Source: Candidatus Bathyarchaeota archaeon (GTDB lineage: Archaea > Thermoproteota > Bathyarchaeia > Bathyarchaeales > Bathyarchaeaceae). From it: DNA of 64,000 nucleotides. Positions 41,432 through 48,736 of this stretch are shown in pieces. The stretch lies in the NCBI GenBank assembly GCA_004376295.1, contig SOJZ01000005.1:110554-174553 (forward strand). Reading direction: 5' to 3'. Both the position numbers and the translations under genes were made by a program. The notes under the pieces were generated by a model that saw nothing but the letters and a program-made list of their open reading frames with translations, was not told where the DNA came from and did no database searches. The stretch's first letter is position 1; every line of letters starts with the position of its first letter.

Positions 41432-42394
41432 TTATGTTGCTAGTATATTCGCTAGCTTTAGTAAGTTTAAATCCAAAGGCTTTTCCGTTTTGCATGATTT
41501 CTCAAGTTTGATGCTGGTTATTCTGCCTTTTTGTAATCCAACTATTCGGTTTCCCTGTTCCTTTGATAATAGTTCAACCGCTTTGTCTGCGAATAGGCTA
41601 GATAGAAGTCGGCTCCTCGCCGTGGGGTTGCCGCCTCTCTGAGCGTATCCCAAAATGCTAAGCCTAACCTCTGCCCCTGTGTTTTCTTCGATTTCTCTTG
41701 CAAGTTTATGGGTGTCTCCGATTCCTTCCGTTGCCACGATTATGCCTGACCTCTTTCCTTTAGCGCTGTTTTCCTTTAGTGTTTTGAAGATTTTCTCCTT
41801 TTCATGTTCGACTTCTGGAACCAGAATTATTTCGGCTCCCGCAGTCAGTCCCACTGTTAATGCGAGAAACCCCCTTTTCCGTCCCATAACCTCAACTATG
41901 AAGACTCTTTCGTGGGAAATTGCTGTATCTCGGATTTTGTCGATCTCGGTGACAGCGGTGTTTACAGCTGTGTCAAAGCCTATCGTTTCATCTGTTCCAA
42001 AAACATCATTGTCGATTGTTGCGGGAATTCCAACTATTAACGTGTCGGTTTCTTCGCTTAATTCTAAAGCTCCTTTGAAAGAGCCGTTACCACCGATAAC
42101 TACGAGTCCGCCAACATTGTTCGAGGCAAGAGTTTCAATAGCTTTCTTAACCCCGTCTCTCTTTCTAAACCGTGGGCACCTTGATGTATAAAGAATAGTG
42201 CCGCCCAGTTGTAGTATTCCACCAACAGAGCGGGGGGTTAACGTCTTAAACGTGTTTGTTATCAAACCTTCCCACCCCCTCTTAAAACCTAAAACTTGAA
42301 AATTCTTTGAATAAGCGATGCGGACAACTGCTCGAATAGCAGCGTTCATGCCAGGCGCATTTCCACCACTTGTGACCACACCTATATTCTTCAA
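41432..42394 (-). CDS. pfkA: 6-phosphofructokinase, PfkA family (phosphoryl donor not determinable here)
   Basis: IGVVTSGGNAPGMNAAIRAVVR, VIGGNGSFKGA, PATIDND and GRKRGFLAL. Confidence 0.88.
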   Translation of the reverse strand: MKNIGVVTSGGNAPGMNAAIRAVVRIAYSKNFQVLGFKRGWEGLITNTFKTLTPRSVGGILQLGGTILYTSRCPRFRKRDGVKKAIETLASNNVGGLVVIGGNGSFKGALELSEETDTLIVGIPATIDNDVFGTDETIGFDTAVNTAVTEIDKIRDTAISHERVFIVEVMGRKRGFLALTVGLTAGAEIILVPEVEHEKEKIFKTLKENSAKGKRSGIIVATEGIGDTHKLAREIEENTGAEVRLSILGYAQRGGNPTARSRLLSSLFADKAVELLSKEQGNRIVGLQKGRITSIKLEKSCKTEKPLDLNLLKLANILAT

Positions 42395-42805
42395 CTATCA
42401 CTCCTCCCAATCGCTAAACTTGTCTCAGAACATAATGTTACGCTGGCCAAAATAAACCTGACCTTATTCCTGTTGGTACTTTCATGATGTAGCAAGATTC
42501 TAGCTGAAGCGATACCAGCCTTTAGTAAAGTTAAGTCTCGTTATGTCACTCAATTCTGACAATCCAATCAAAACAGCCTACAAGCCCTAATCCAAATTCA
42601 CAACTCATTTCCAAACCAGCCACACACTTACCTTCAGACCCCCCTCTACTAGAGGTTCTCACAAAATTTATTTTTCAAAAAGGCAAATTGAAGGAAATAT
42701 TATCATTATAGGCCATTCGAACTTTTACCTCAAGAATACGCCGAAAATCTGTAAAGCAGTATACGCAATAATTAGGGGTTTAATCTCTTAGGAGGCGTAA
42801 GTCAC

Positions 42806-43360
42806 ATGAACACAAGTCAAATCAAAAGGAAAATTCTCGAAATACTGTGGATAGCTGGAAAACCGATGAGAGTCCAAGACATCGCAGAAAAAACAGGACT
42901 AAACATCTCTTCATCCATGATGCACCTGCTCTGGCTTGGAAAAGCCGGATACGTCTCCACTCCTGAAAAACGCTACTACGCCATAACAAAAACAGGTAAA
43001 GAAGCGATAGGCTTACCAAAACTCACCAAAGAAAAAGCCTTACACATTTTACGCGAACTACCCAAAGAGGAAGCCTTCCATTTCTACACCGGAACCGACC
43101 AATACGTGGGCGTCTACGCAAACAGCCTCAACGACTTTTGTGATAAAATTCAAACAGTCAACATGAAATCCATTGAATTCCATGCTCCTCGCAGAGACTT
43201 GGAACTTTGGCTTGACAGCTTGGGAGACTTGGAACTAGCCAAAATAATGGGTATAGTCCGAAGGGCTAGTTTGTCTGGAGAAAATCTTCGCAAAAAAGTT
43301 TACGAGTCTGTTAAATCTCGCTGTGAAGAACTAACGGGTTTATCCAGTGAAGCCCATTGA
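42806..43360 (+). CDS. winged-helix regulator fused to a DUF5752-like domain
   Basis: Strong SD (AGGAGG) upstream. N-terminal wHTH is KILEILWIAGKPMRVQDIAEKTGLNISSSMMHLLWLGKAGYV. The C-terminal ~100 aa align to the GH57 C-terminus at about 35 of 96 positions by eye. Confidence 0.7.
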   Translation: MNTSQIKRKILEILWIAGKPMRVQDIAEKTGLNISSSMMHLLWLGKAGYVSTPEKRYYAITKTGKEAIGLPKLTKEKALHILRELPKEEAFHFYTGTDQYVGVYANSLNDFCDKIQTVNMKSIEFHAPRRDLELWLDSLGDLELAKIMGIVRRASLSGENLRKKVYESVKSRCEELTGLSSEAH

Positions 43361-43426
43361 CTTCGTAGAAGACTATCATTAAGGGCGGGTCTTTGCTGAC
43401 TCCTCTTTTGCATAAAAAGAAGAGAA

Positions 43427-44548
43427 TTAGGCAGGCTTAAACCTATCCTTCAACTTCTTCAAGAGCTTAGGTAAAGTAGTGTACTCCATAACATCAGCGC
43501 TTAGTCGGGCAGGTTCAAACTCGCCCATACGACGCAAGGTAACAGCATACTCAACAGCTTCACGACGAGCCAGGTCAAAGGCTGGATCATCAAACAAGTC
43601 ACTTATCAAAGGATTACCATGATCATCACTAGCAATTCCACCATGGGCAATCTGCAGACCAAGCGCGACCATCCTCGGAGGGCCATCAAAGGCAGTACAC
43701 TTACTATCCTTTAACCCAACGGGCATTAATGGACCCCAGTGACTACCACGCATCCAGCCCTCCACAAAGAAAGTGTGCATAAAGGGCACTAAAACTTCTC
43801 CAAGCGCAGGCAAGCCGTGTTGAGTTCTTACAATGGAGACGGGATCATCCTTTCCCACGTATTTGCCTGCAATCAACGAGAGCTTCGTTGTGCTGGTTGC
43901 AGCGCATATGAGGTCATCTCTGGCTCGCCGTACATGCGAAACCGTGTAGCGCCCAGGCGTTCCGATTAGTGCAATTAATTCGTACATTTCTTCGGGGCAT
44001 TTCAGAATTATTTTCTTGTTTTTGATCAAGTCGAGTACCTCAAATTTGAATCCGCCAGCCATGTCTGGGTCGATTACAAGCCCTGCGGTGCTCATGGGGT
44101 CAGCAAATATGCGGAACATGGGATAATTGAAGGCCCCTGGCTCCGTCTTGTCAGCGGCGAAGACAACGATTGGATCAGAGCCTCTCTCCTCTATTTCCAT
44201 TTCAGCTACGCCCGGGCCCATTCCGCGAACGTTTCCACTGAAAGCCGTCTTTAAGAGGTCCTGTCCTGCGCCGTATAACTTGAGGTCACTAGCCTTTTTG
44301 GCGGCTTCTTGGAAAGTGTTCCATGCCAGCTTATGAATCCCAGCGTCGTTCTCTCCTCTTTTATGAACCATGAGGAGTTCAAGGTCGTCTCCAGCATGGA
44401 ACACGTAGTGACTGTTAATGAGCCCATTCTCTTGTGCCTTTTTTAGACGTTTTTCACCGATTTCCAGCAGGGGCTTTGGTACAATGTGGTGTCCCGCTAG
44501 GGAACCTACATCACATTTTATCACCGATATAGTCGTTTTTTCAGGCAT
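43427..44548 (-). CDS. fbp: bifunctional fructose-1,6-bisphosphate aldolase/phosphatase (class V FBPase)
   Basis: N-terminal MPEKTTISVIKCDVGSLAGHH with full-length resemblance to the family. The ATG at 44548 is preferred over the upstream GTG at 44557. Confidence 0.9.
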   Translation of the reverse strand: MPEKTTISVIKCDVGSLAGHHIVPKPLLEIGEKRLKKAQENGLINSHYVFHAGDDLELLMVHKRGENDAGIHKLAWNTFQEAAKKASDLKLYGAGQDLLKTAFSGNVRGMGPGVAEMEIEERGSDPIVVFAADKTEPGAFNYPMFRIFADPMSTAGLVIDPDMAGGFKFEVLDLIKNKKIILKCPEEMYELIALIGTPGRYTVSHVRRARDDLICAATSTTKLSLIAGKYVGKDDPVSIVRTQHGLPALGEVLVPFMHTFFVEGWMRGSHWGPLMPVGLKDSKCTAFDGPPRMVALGLQIAHGGIASDDHGNPLISDLFDDPAFDLARREAVEYAVTLRRMGEFEPARLSADVMEYTTLPKLLKKLKDRFKPA

Positions 44549-44798
44549 CCTACACACACTTCATAACTTTCTATTTCCGACGTAGTTTCTCTGAGAGTGT
44601 CTTAAAAGACTTCCCTACATTATTCAGCTCTAATCGAACGAGGGACTTTTCTAAGTTTTTATCACGTGTTCTATCTCTGTTTCCATATAGTTTCGTTACA
44701 TCATTGTCATATATCGTTTGAGTAAGATTCATCTATAACTAAGAAACAAGTTGTCAGTCAGGCAACTAATGCTTTTTATTGTTCGAATTAAAGTAAAT

Positions 44799-45311
44799 AT
44801 GGGAAATATCATGGACAAAGTTGCAGTCGTGTCTGCCAAGATACCGGAAGAAGTTTACAAAGAACTCGTTCTCCGCGTTCCTGATGGAGAAAGAAGCAGC
44901 TTTATTCGCGACGCTATTATGGAAAAACTGCAAACGGTTCCTCGACCTGACAAGATTTTTGAACTGGAGCAGAAAATCAGTAGACTTGAGAAAGATCTAT
45001 CCGAGATAAAGAAATACCTAGCTGAACTTGAGATCCTCACGTATGAGAGGGGCAAAATAAACCCTCACGCCTTTTGCATAGACGAAATCGACCACAAAAT
45101 CGTGGACTATCTCATTCATTATAAAGGAGCCACAACACCCGAACTCGCAGATTTTCTGAAAACCAACCGATGGTTGATTCTTAACAGGCTTCGAAAGATT
45201 CAAAGGCTTTCTAAGAAGCAGCTTGGGAAATCTATCGTTGAATACTGTTCTGGAGAAAGGTCGGGTAAAAGGAAGGCTTGGTGGATAAGCGAGGAGCTTA
45301 TTGAGACATAG
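44799..45311 (+). CDS. ribbon-helix-helix plus C-terminal winged-helix DNA-binding protein
   Basis: RHH pattern VAVVSAKIPEEVYKELVLRVPDGERSSFIRDAIMEKL. C-terminal HTH-like KIVDYLIHYKGATTPELADFLKTNRWLILNRLRKI. The ORF opens at 44751, and the ATG at 44799 is more likely. Confidence 0.6.
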   Translation: MGNIMDKVAVVSAKIPEEVYKELVLRVPDGERSSFIRDAIMEKLQTVPRPDKIFELEQKISRLEKDLSEIKKYLAELEILTYERGKINPHAFCIDEIDHKIVDYLIHYKGATTPELADFLKTNRWLILNRLRKIQRLSKKQLGKSIVEYCSGERSGKRKAWWISEELIET

Positions 45312-45386
45312 CACAACAATTTTATTTCGAGTCAATCCGTGATTTCAACGAATAGGGCCCGTAGCCCAGATCGGATTAAGGCGCCG

Positions 45387-45411
45387 AGCTGTCTCACGGA
45401 ACAGTGCGTAA
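45387..45411 (+). other. tRNA intron 1 (25 nt, non-canonical position 29/30) with a textbook bulge-helix-bulge (BHB) motif
   Basis: The central 4-bp helix pairs 45381-45384 (GCGC) with 45406-45409 (GCGT). 3-nt bulges lie at 45385-45387 and 45410-45412. The inner 5-bp helix pairs 45388-45392 with 45401-45405. Both predicted junctions fall after the second bulge nucleotide. Confidence 0.75.
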
Positions 45412-45419
45412 GCCTCCGG

Positions 45420-45431
45420 ACAATGGAAGAA
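45420..45431 (+). other. tRNA intron 2 (12 nt, canonical position 37/38) with a relaxed BHB
   Basis: Loop bases CTCC (45414-45417) pair with GAAG (45426-45429) at 3 of 4 positions. Bulges are GGA (45418-45420) and AAA (45430-45432). The exact junction is ambiguous by one A. Confidence 0.6.
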
Positions 45432-45509
45432 AGCCGGAGATCCGGGGTTCAAATCCCCGCGGGCCCGCCAACCACAAGGTCCGAATACTATCACATCTGC
45501 GTCCCTTAC

Positions 45510-45524
45510 TTTTTGAAATTTTTT
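45510..45524 (+). terminator. oligo-T tracts downstream of the tRNA
   Basis: A T5 run at 45510-45514 and a T6 run at 45519-45524. Archaeal Pol termination typically uses oligo-T. Confidence 0.35.
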
Positions 45525-45615
45525 GAAAAGTTTAGCAGACACGCCAAGGCGTACGCCAACCGCCGAGGCGTCACGTTGCTCACAAAACGTCAGATCTTGC
45601 GGAGACTGGGATAGA

Positions 45616-45798
45616 CTAAAAATCTTTTAGAAAATCGTGTAATCGCTCTTCCCTGTCCAGTTTCCCCAACCGGTCCACTACGCCCACCCTGCATTTTCTT
45701 TTTCTCTCTAAAACAGAGGCTATCTCTTCCACCGCTTCTTCAATTCTTTTGCCAGTAGCATTGATTTCACACACTTTGTCAGAACCGCAAGTCCGCAC
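45616..45798 (-). pseudogene. 60-aa ORF, possibly the 3' remnant of a small P-loop kinase gene
   Basis: CEINATGKRIEEAVEEIASVLERKR...VDRLGKL resembles C-terminal ends of Fap7/adenylate-kinase-like proteins as I recall them. There is no P-loop and no room for one, because an AT-rich non-coding stretch follows. Confidence 0.2.
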
Positions 45799-45901
45799 AG
45801 CTTTAATAAATTGTTAATATGGATACATACTTGTACCTATTAACAAAACGGCTTTTACAATATCGTTTTCGAAAGATTTGTTTAAAACTGGAATACTTAA
45901 C

Positions 45902-45918
45902 TCAGATTCTGAATCTGA
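45902..45918. promoter_or_regulatory. 17-bp perfect palindrome upstream of the RHH gene (candidate operator)
   Basis: TCAGATTC-T-GAATCTGA, with a further TTCAGAA half-site at 45941-45947. A TATA-like ATATATAT lies near 45952, and the RHH start is at 46003/46012. Confidence 0.25.
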
Positions 45919-46002
45919 TAGCCAGAATACATACTCTTAATTCAGAAACCATATATATCGTAAAACGTGGTACACAAGAATTGAGATACAAGTGTAAACA
46001 AA

Positions 46003-46197
46003 GTGATTCACATGCCGAAATCGAAGGCGGATCTAAAAAACACGCTCATATCTACCAGGGTTACGCCCGATGTTAAAGGCATGGTGCTGAAAGAGGCTCT
46101 AGCAGATGGCTTAACCATTTCAGAGTGGCTTAGATTTATGATCATCAGGGAGATCGCGAGAAGAAACTCAGCGTCAAAAGCGTCAGGAGCTCCATAA
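46003..46197 (+). CDS. ribbon-helix-helix (CopG/Arc-like) DNA-binding protein
   Basis: TLISTRVTPDVKGMVLKEALADGLTISEWLRFMIIREI fits a beta-strand plus two helices. The stop is 3 nt before the next gene. Confidence 0.6.
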   Translation: MIHMPKSKADLKNTLISTRVTPDVKGMVLKEALADGLTISEWLRFMIIREIARRNSASKASGAP

Positions 46198-46200
46198 GAG

Positions 46201-47106
46201 GTGTTCAGGTTGAAGTCATTGAAGAGTGGCGTTTTTGTGAAACACGGGGAGCTCCGCAAGAGAGTGCTTCAACGATGGTTTGATAAGGTTGGTTTGAAGT
46301 GCTCCGCGTTCAGAGCCCTAAGCAACCCTCTTCCAGGCTTGTTTGTAGAGATGCCTGAGTTTATACAAGACATGATCGACGTGATCCTAAGCAACGAAAA
46401 ACACCTGTTCACTCGTGGCGATCTTGGTAGTGGGAAGACAACGCACATGCTTCTTTTCAAGCGTGAGTTTGGCGAGTTGGAGGACAACCTTGGACATGGG
46501 TTTGTTACCGGATACATTGCGAAAACGGGTCTGCATAGACGGCAGATCGCACGCGAGATTGCGGACGCTCTTGGCGTAAAATACTGCATCTCTTGGAACA
46601 GCAACAGAGTGTTAAATGCTATTGAAGATTTCATTAGGAGAAGCTATCCTAGGTATAGGACGGTGTTGTTCTTTGAGGATGTCGCCGAGAACACCGCCGC
46701 AGCCCTAGGGGAAGTCAAGTATCTAGGCGACTTGGAGAAGGACGAAAGGCTCTGTACGCTTATCATGAGCGGGACGCCAGAATACTGGAGCGCGCTTGAA
46801 GCCGTCATTCCCCTCCTAACAAGTCGCTGTGAAGTGGTCGAGGTTCCTTCCTTCAGCCTTAGGCACTCGAGGAAGTTTGTTTGCAACCGACTATCCTATT
46901 TTAGCAAGAATCCTAAAGCGGATGATCGGGACATCTACCCCTTCACAAAAGAGACAATTAGAGTCCTACATGAGGCCTCGGAGGGAAACCCCCGCAAGTT
47001 GCGCGGCTATTGCCGTAGGTGCGAAAGCGTTGCGGCTGAGAGGTATAGATTGAAGAGGGGTGAGATCGTGGATGAAGAGATCGCAAGGATGGTGACTTCG
47101 GTTTGA
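46201..47106 (+). CDS. ExeA-like AAA+ ATPase
   Basis: Walker A GDLGSGKT, Walker B VLFFEDV, sensor region MSGTPEYW, and a GNPRKL arginine-finger-like motif as in the ExeA/ORC-type AAA_22 group. Confidence 0.75.
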   Translation: MFRLKSLKSGVFVKHGELRKRVLQRWFDKVGLKCSAFRALSNPLPGLFVEMPEFIQDMIDVILSNEKHLFTRGDLGSGKTTHMLLFKREFGELEDNLGHGFVTGYIAKTGLHRRQIAREIADALGVKYCISWNSNRVLNAIEDFIRRSYPRYRTVLFFEDVAENTAAALGEVKYLGDLEKDERLCTLIMSGTPEYWSALEAVIPLLTSRCEVVEVPSFSLRHSRKFVCNRLSYFSKNPKADDRDIYPFTKETIRVLHEASEGNPRKLRGYCRRCESVAAERYRLKRGEIVDEEIARMVTSV

Positions 47107-48044
47107 GTGTCTTGAGCAAATATAAGAAGGTAAGGAAAAAACTTAGGAAAACTCTGAAGAAGCTGGAGAAGCGCGCGCCTAAAGTACCTGTTTCGAGTGT
47201 TTTAAGTAAGTATAAGAAGACAGAGCAAGGTCTGAAGAAGCTTGTGAGCGCGGTCAAAGCGCCGACTCTTGGGGTGTTGAGCAAATATAAGAAAGTGAGG
47301 AAAGAATTTAAAGAGAAGCCCGAAGCGCCGGTTTCGCTTCTTGTGCCGACTGGTATCCCGGGACTCGACAAGGTGATCGGTGGAGGTTTTCCAGAGAAGA
47401 GTGTGATTATATTTGCTGGATCCGTGGGTACCGGGAAGACCATTCTCTCAGCCCGTTACATCTACGAGGGGGCAACGAGGTTCGGTGAGAAGGGGCTTTA
47501 TGTGTGCCTCTCGGAGACGAAGGAAAAGTTCCTGAGGAACATGAGAAGGTTTGGATGGAACTTTGAAAGATTGGAAAAGACGGGGAAGGTCTCGGTCCTC
47601 GGTTTGGCGACGGCCAGAGAGGTCGAGTTACAGAGCAACCTGAACGTCATCATGAGGGAAATCAACGAGCAGAAACCTCAAAGGGTGGTCATAGACCCGC
47701 TCACAGCGATGACCAACGCGATGGAGACGAGGGTAGACGCGCGCTTCCTAACGCATGTTCTCTACAAGTTCCTCGAGAACGCCAACTGCACGGCGATCCT
47801 CACCGCCGAGATCCCGATGGGGTCCGATTTCATAGGTGCAGGCGTGGAGGAGTTCATCGCAGACGGGGTGTTTGTGTTAAAACGAGCTGAAAATGCGGGT
47901 AGGATGGTGAGAAAGCTGGAAATAGTAAAGCTGAGGGGGGCGGAAATCGAAGAGCCCAGACATCTATTCACGCTGTTTGGGGGACCTCAGATAATCTGCA
48001 AGAGAGATGAAGCTATTGAAAAGCTTAACGAATTTCTTGAGTGA
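47103..48044 (+). CDS. single-domain KaiC/RecA-superfamily ATPase with an N-terminal basic triple repeat
   Basis: TGIPGLDKVIGGGFPEKSVIIFAGSVGTGKTILSARYIYEG (KaiC-like Walker A region), VVIDPLTAM (Walker B), and LEIVKLRGAE. The N-terminal 78 aa carry three VLSKYKK repeats. A TTGA start/stop overlap joins it to the upstream gene. Confidence 0.85.
   Translation: MSVLSKYKKVRKKLRKTLKKLEKRAPKVPVSSVLSKYKKTEQGLKKLVSAVKAPTLGVLSKYKKVRKEFKEKPEAPVSLLVPTGIPGLDKVIGGGFPEKSVIIFAGSVGTGKTILSARYIYEGATRFGEKGLYVCLSETKEKFLRNMRRFGWNFERLEKTGKVSVLGLATAREVELQSNLNVIMREINEQKPQRVVIDPLTAMTNAMETRVDARFLTHVLYKFLENANCTAILTAEIPMGSDFIGAGVEEFIADGVFVLKRAENAGRMVRKLEIVKLRGAEIEEPRHLFTLFGGPQIICKRDEAIEKLNEFLE
47106..47336 (+). repeat. 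three tandem ~25-30 codon basic repeats
   Basis: SVLSKYKKVRKKLRKTLKKLEKRAPKVPVS / SVLSKYKKTEQGLKKLVSAVKAPTLG / VLSKYKKVRKEFKEKPEAPVS. The repeats are also visible at the DNA level (agcaaatataagaag). Confidence 0.8.
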
Positions 48045-48098
48045 GGGGGTGTTCAACGTGACCCATAACTTATTTCATTAAGGAGGAGAAGTGGGACA

Positions 48099-48731
48099 TT
48101 GAGTGAAGGAAGAGTAAAATCGATATTAGATCGCCCGCACCTGCTCTTTATAGTTATAGGAGTCACCACCATTTTGTTGATCCCTTTGATGAGCGCGTTT
48201 GAGAGCGTGTTAACATGGCTTGTCATTCGGTCAGGTCTGTATGTTTTCATCAAGGAAGCGATCCTGCCAATACAAGTAAGGATGGTGTCAGTCGCGCTTA
48301 GCGCGCTAGGCTTCGATGTTGATGTTCTCGCAAATTCTGTCGTTGTGCTAGAAAGGGGTGGGCACTCGGCAGGAGCAGGTATATTGTGGAACTGTGTTGG
48401 ATGGCAGACCTTTTTCCTCCTTCTGATAACCCTCGCCTTCGGGATTTCAGGTTCCTATACCATGAAAAGCAAGATGCTCTGCATCGCCCTGAGCTTTGAA
48501 GCCGCGCTATCTATTAGCTTCCTGCGGATTATACTCACTGCTCTAATCAATTTCTATCTGGGACACTGGCAAGCCGTGTTCTTTCACGATTATCTGGGGA
48601 TTGTGTTCGTGCTGGTCTTGGTTTTTGCCTTTTGGATCTTCTGCTTCAAGTTCATACTAGTGTCCAGACCCGAGGCTTCGCAGGGTTTGCAAGACCGAAG
48701 AGAATTGCATAGTTCAGAACGGGTGGGGTAA
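48099..48731 (+). CDS. exosortase/archaeosortase-family-like membrane protein (short form)
   Basis: 210 aa, polytopic. A candidate Cys-Arg-His triad sits in the family-typical contexts and order: GILWNCVGWQTFFLLL (family C-S-G region), SISFLRIILTAL (N-x-x-R-I-like) and VFFHDYLGIVF (H-x-x-x-G). The preceding loop LSALGFDVDVLANSVVVLE resembles the family's G-x-V-x-x-x-G-N-x-I region. Confidence 0.6.
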   Translation: MSEGRVKSILDRPHLLFIVIGVTTILLIPLMSAFESVLTWLVIRSGLYVFIKEAILPIQVRMVSVALSALGFDVDVLANSVVVLERGGHSAGAGILWNCVGWQTFFLLLITLAFGISGSYTMKSKMLCIALSFEAALSISFLRIILTALINFYLGHWQAVFFHDYLGIVFVLVLVFAFWIFCFKFILVSRPEASQGLQDRRELHSSERVG

Positions 48732-48736
48732 ACGGG

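Larger units (their letters stand above)
45355..45470 (+). tRNA. tRNA-Arg (anticodon CCG) with two introns and an encoded CCA
   Basis: 7-bp acceptor stem (GGGCCCG/CGGGCCC), T-arm CGGGG-TTCAAAT-CCCCG, and D-arm with GG. Removing 45387-45411 and 45420-45431 gives a 76-nt cloverleaf. Its anticodon arm is a perfect CCGGC-CTCCGGA-GCCGG. Confidence 0.8.

Noticed and set aside
41655-42191. Long antisense ORFs inside well-supported genes. The other examples are 50478-50957, 59652-60203, 62419-62832, 21763-22185 and 46958-47443.
   Set aside because: All are Ser/Pro/Leu-rich translations of the opposite strand of genes with strong family motifs (pfkA, GT2, GT4, ftsZ, asparaginase, AAA+/KaiC). There is no independent support for them.
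45819-46076. An 85-aa ORF between the kinase-like fragment and the RHH gene.
   Set aside because: It lies in AT-rich promoter-like DNA containing the palindrome and a TATA-like element, has an implausible composition, and overlaps the RHH start.
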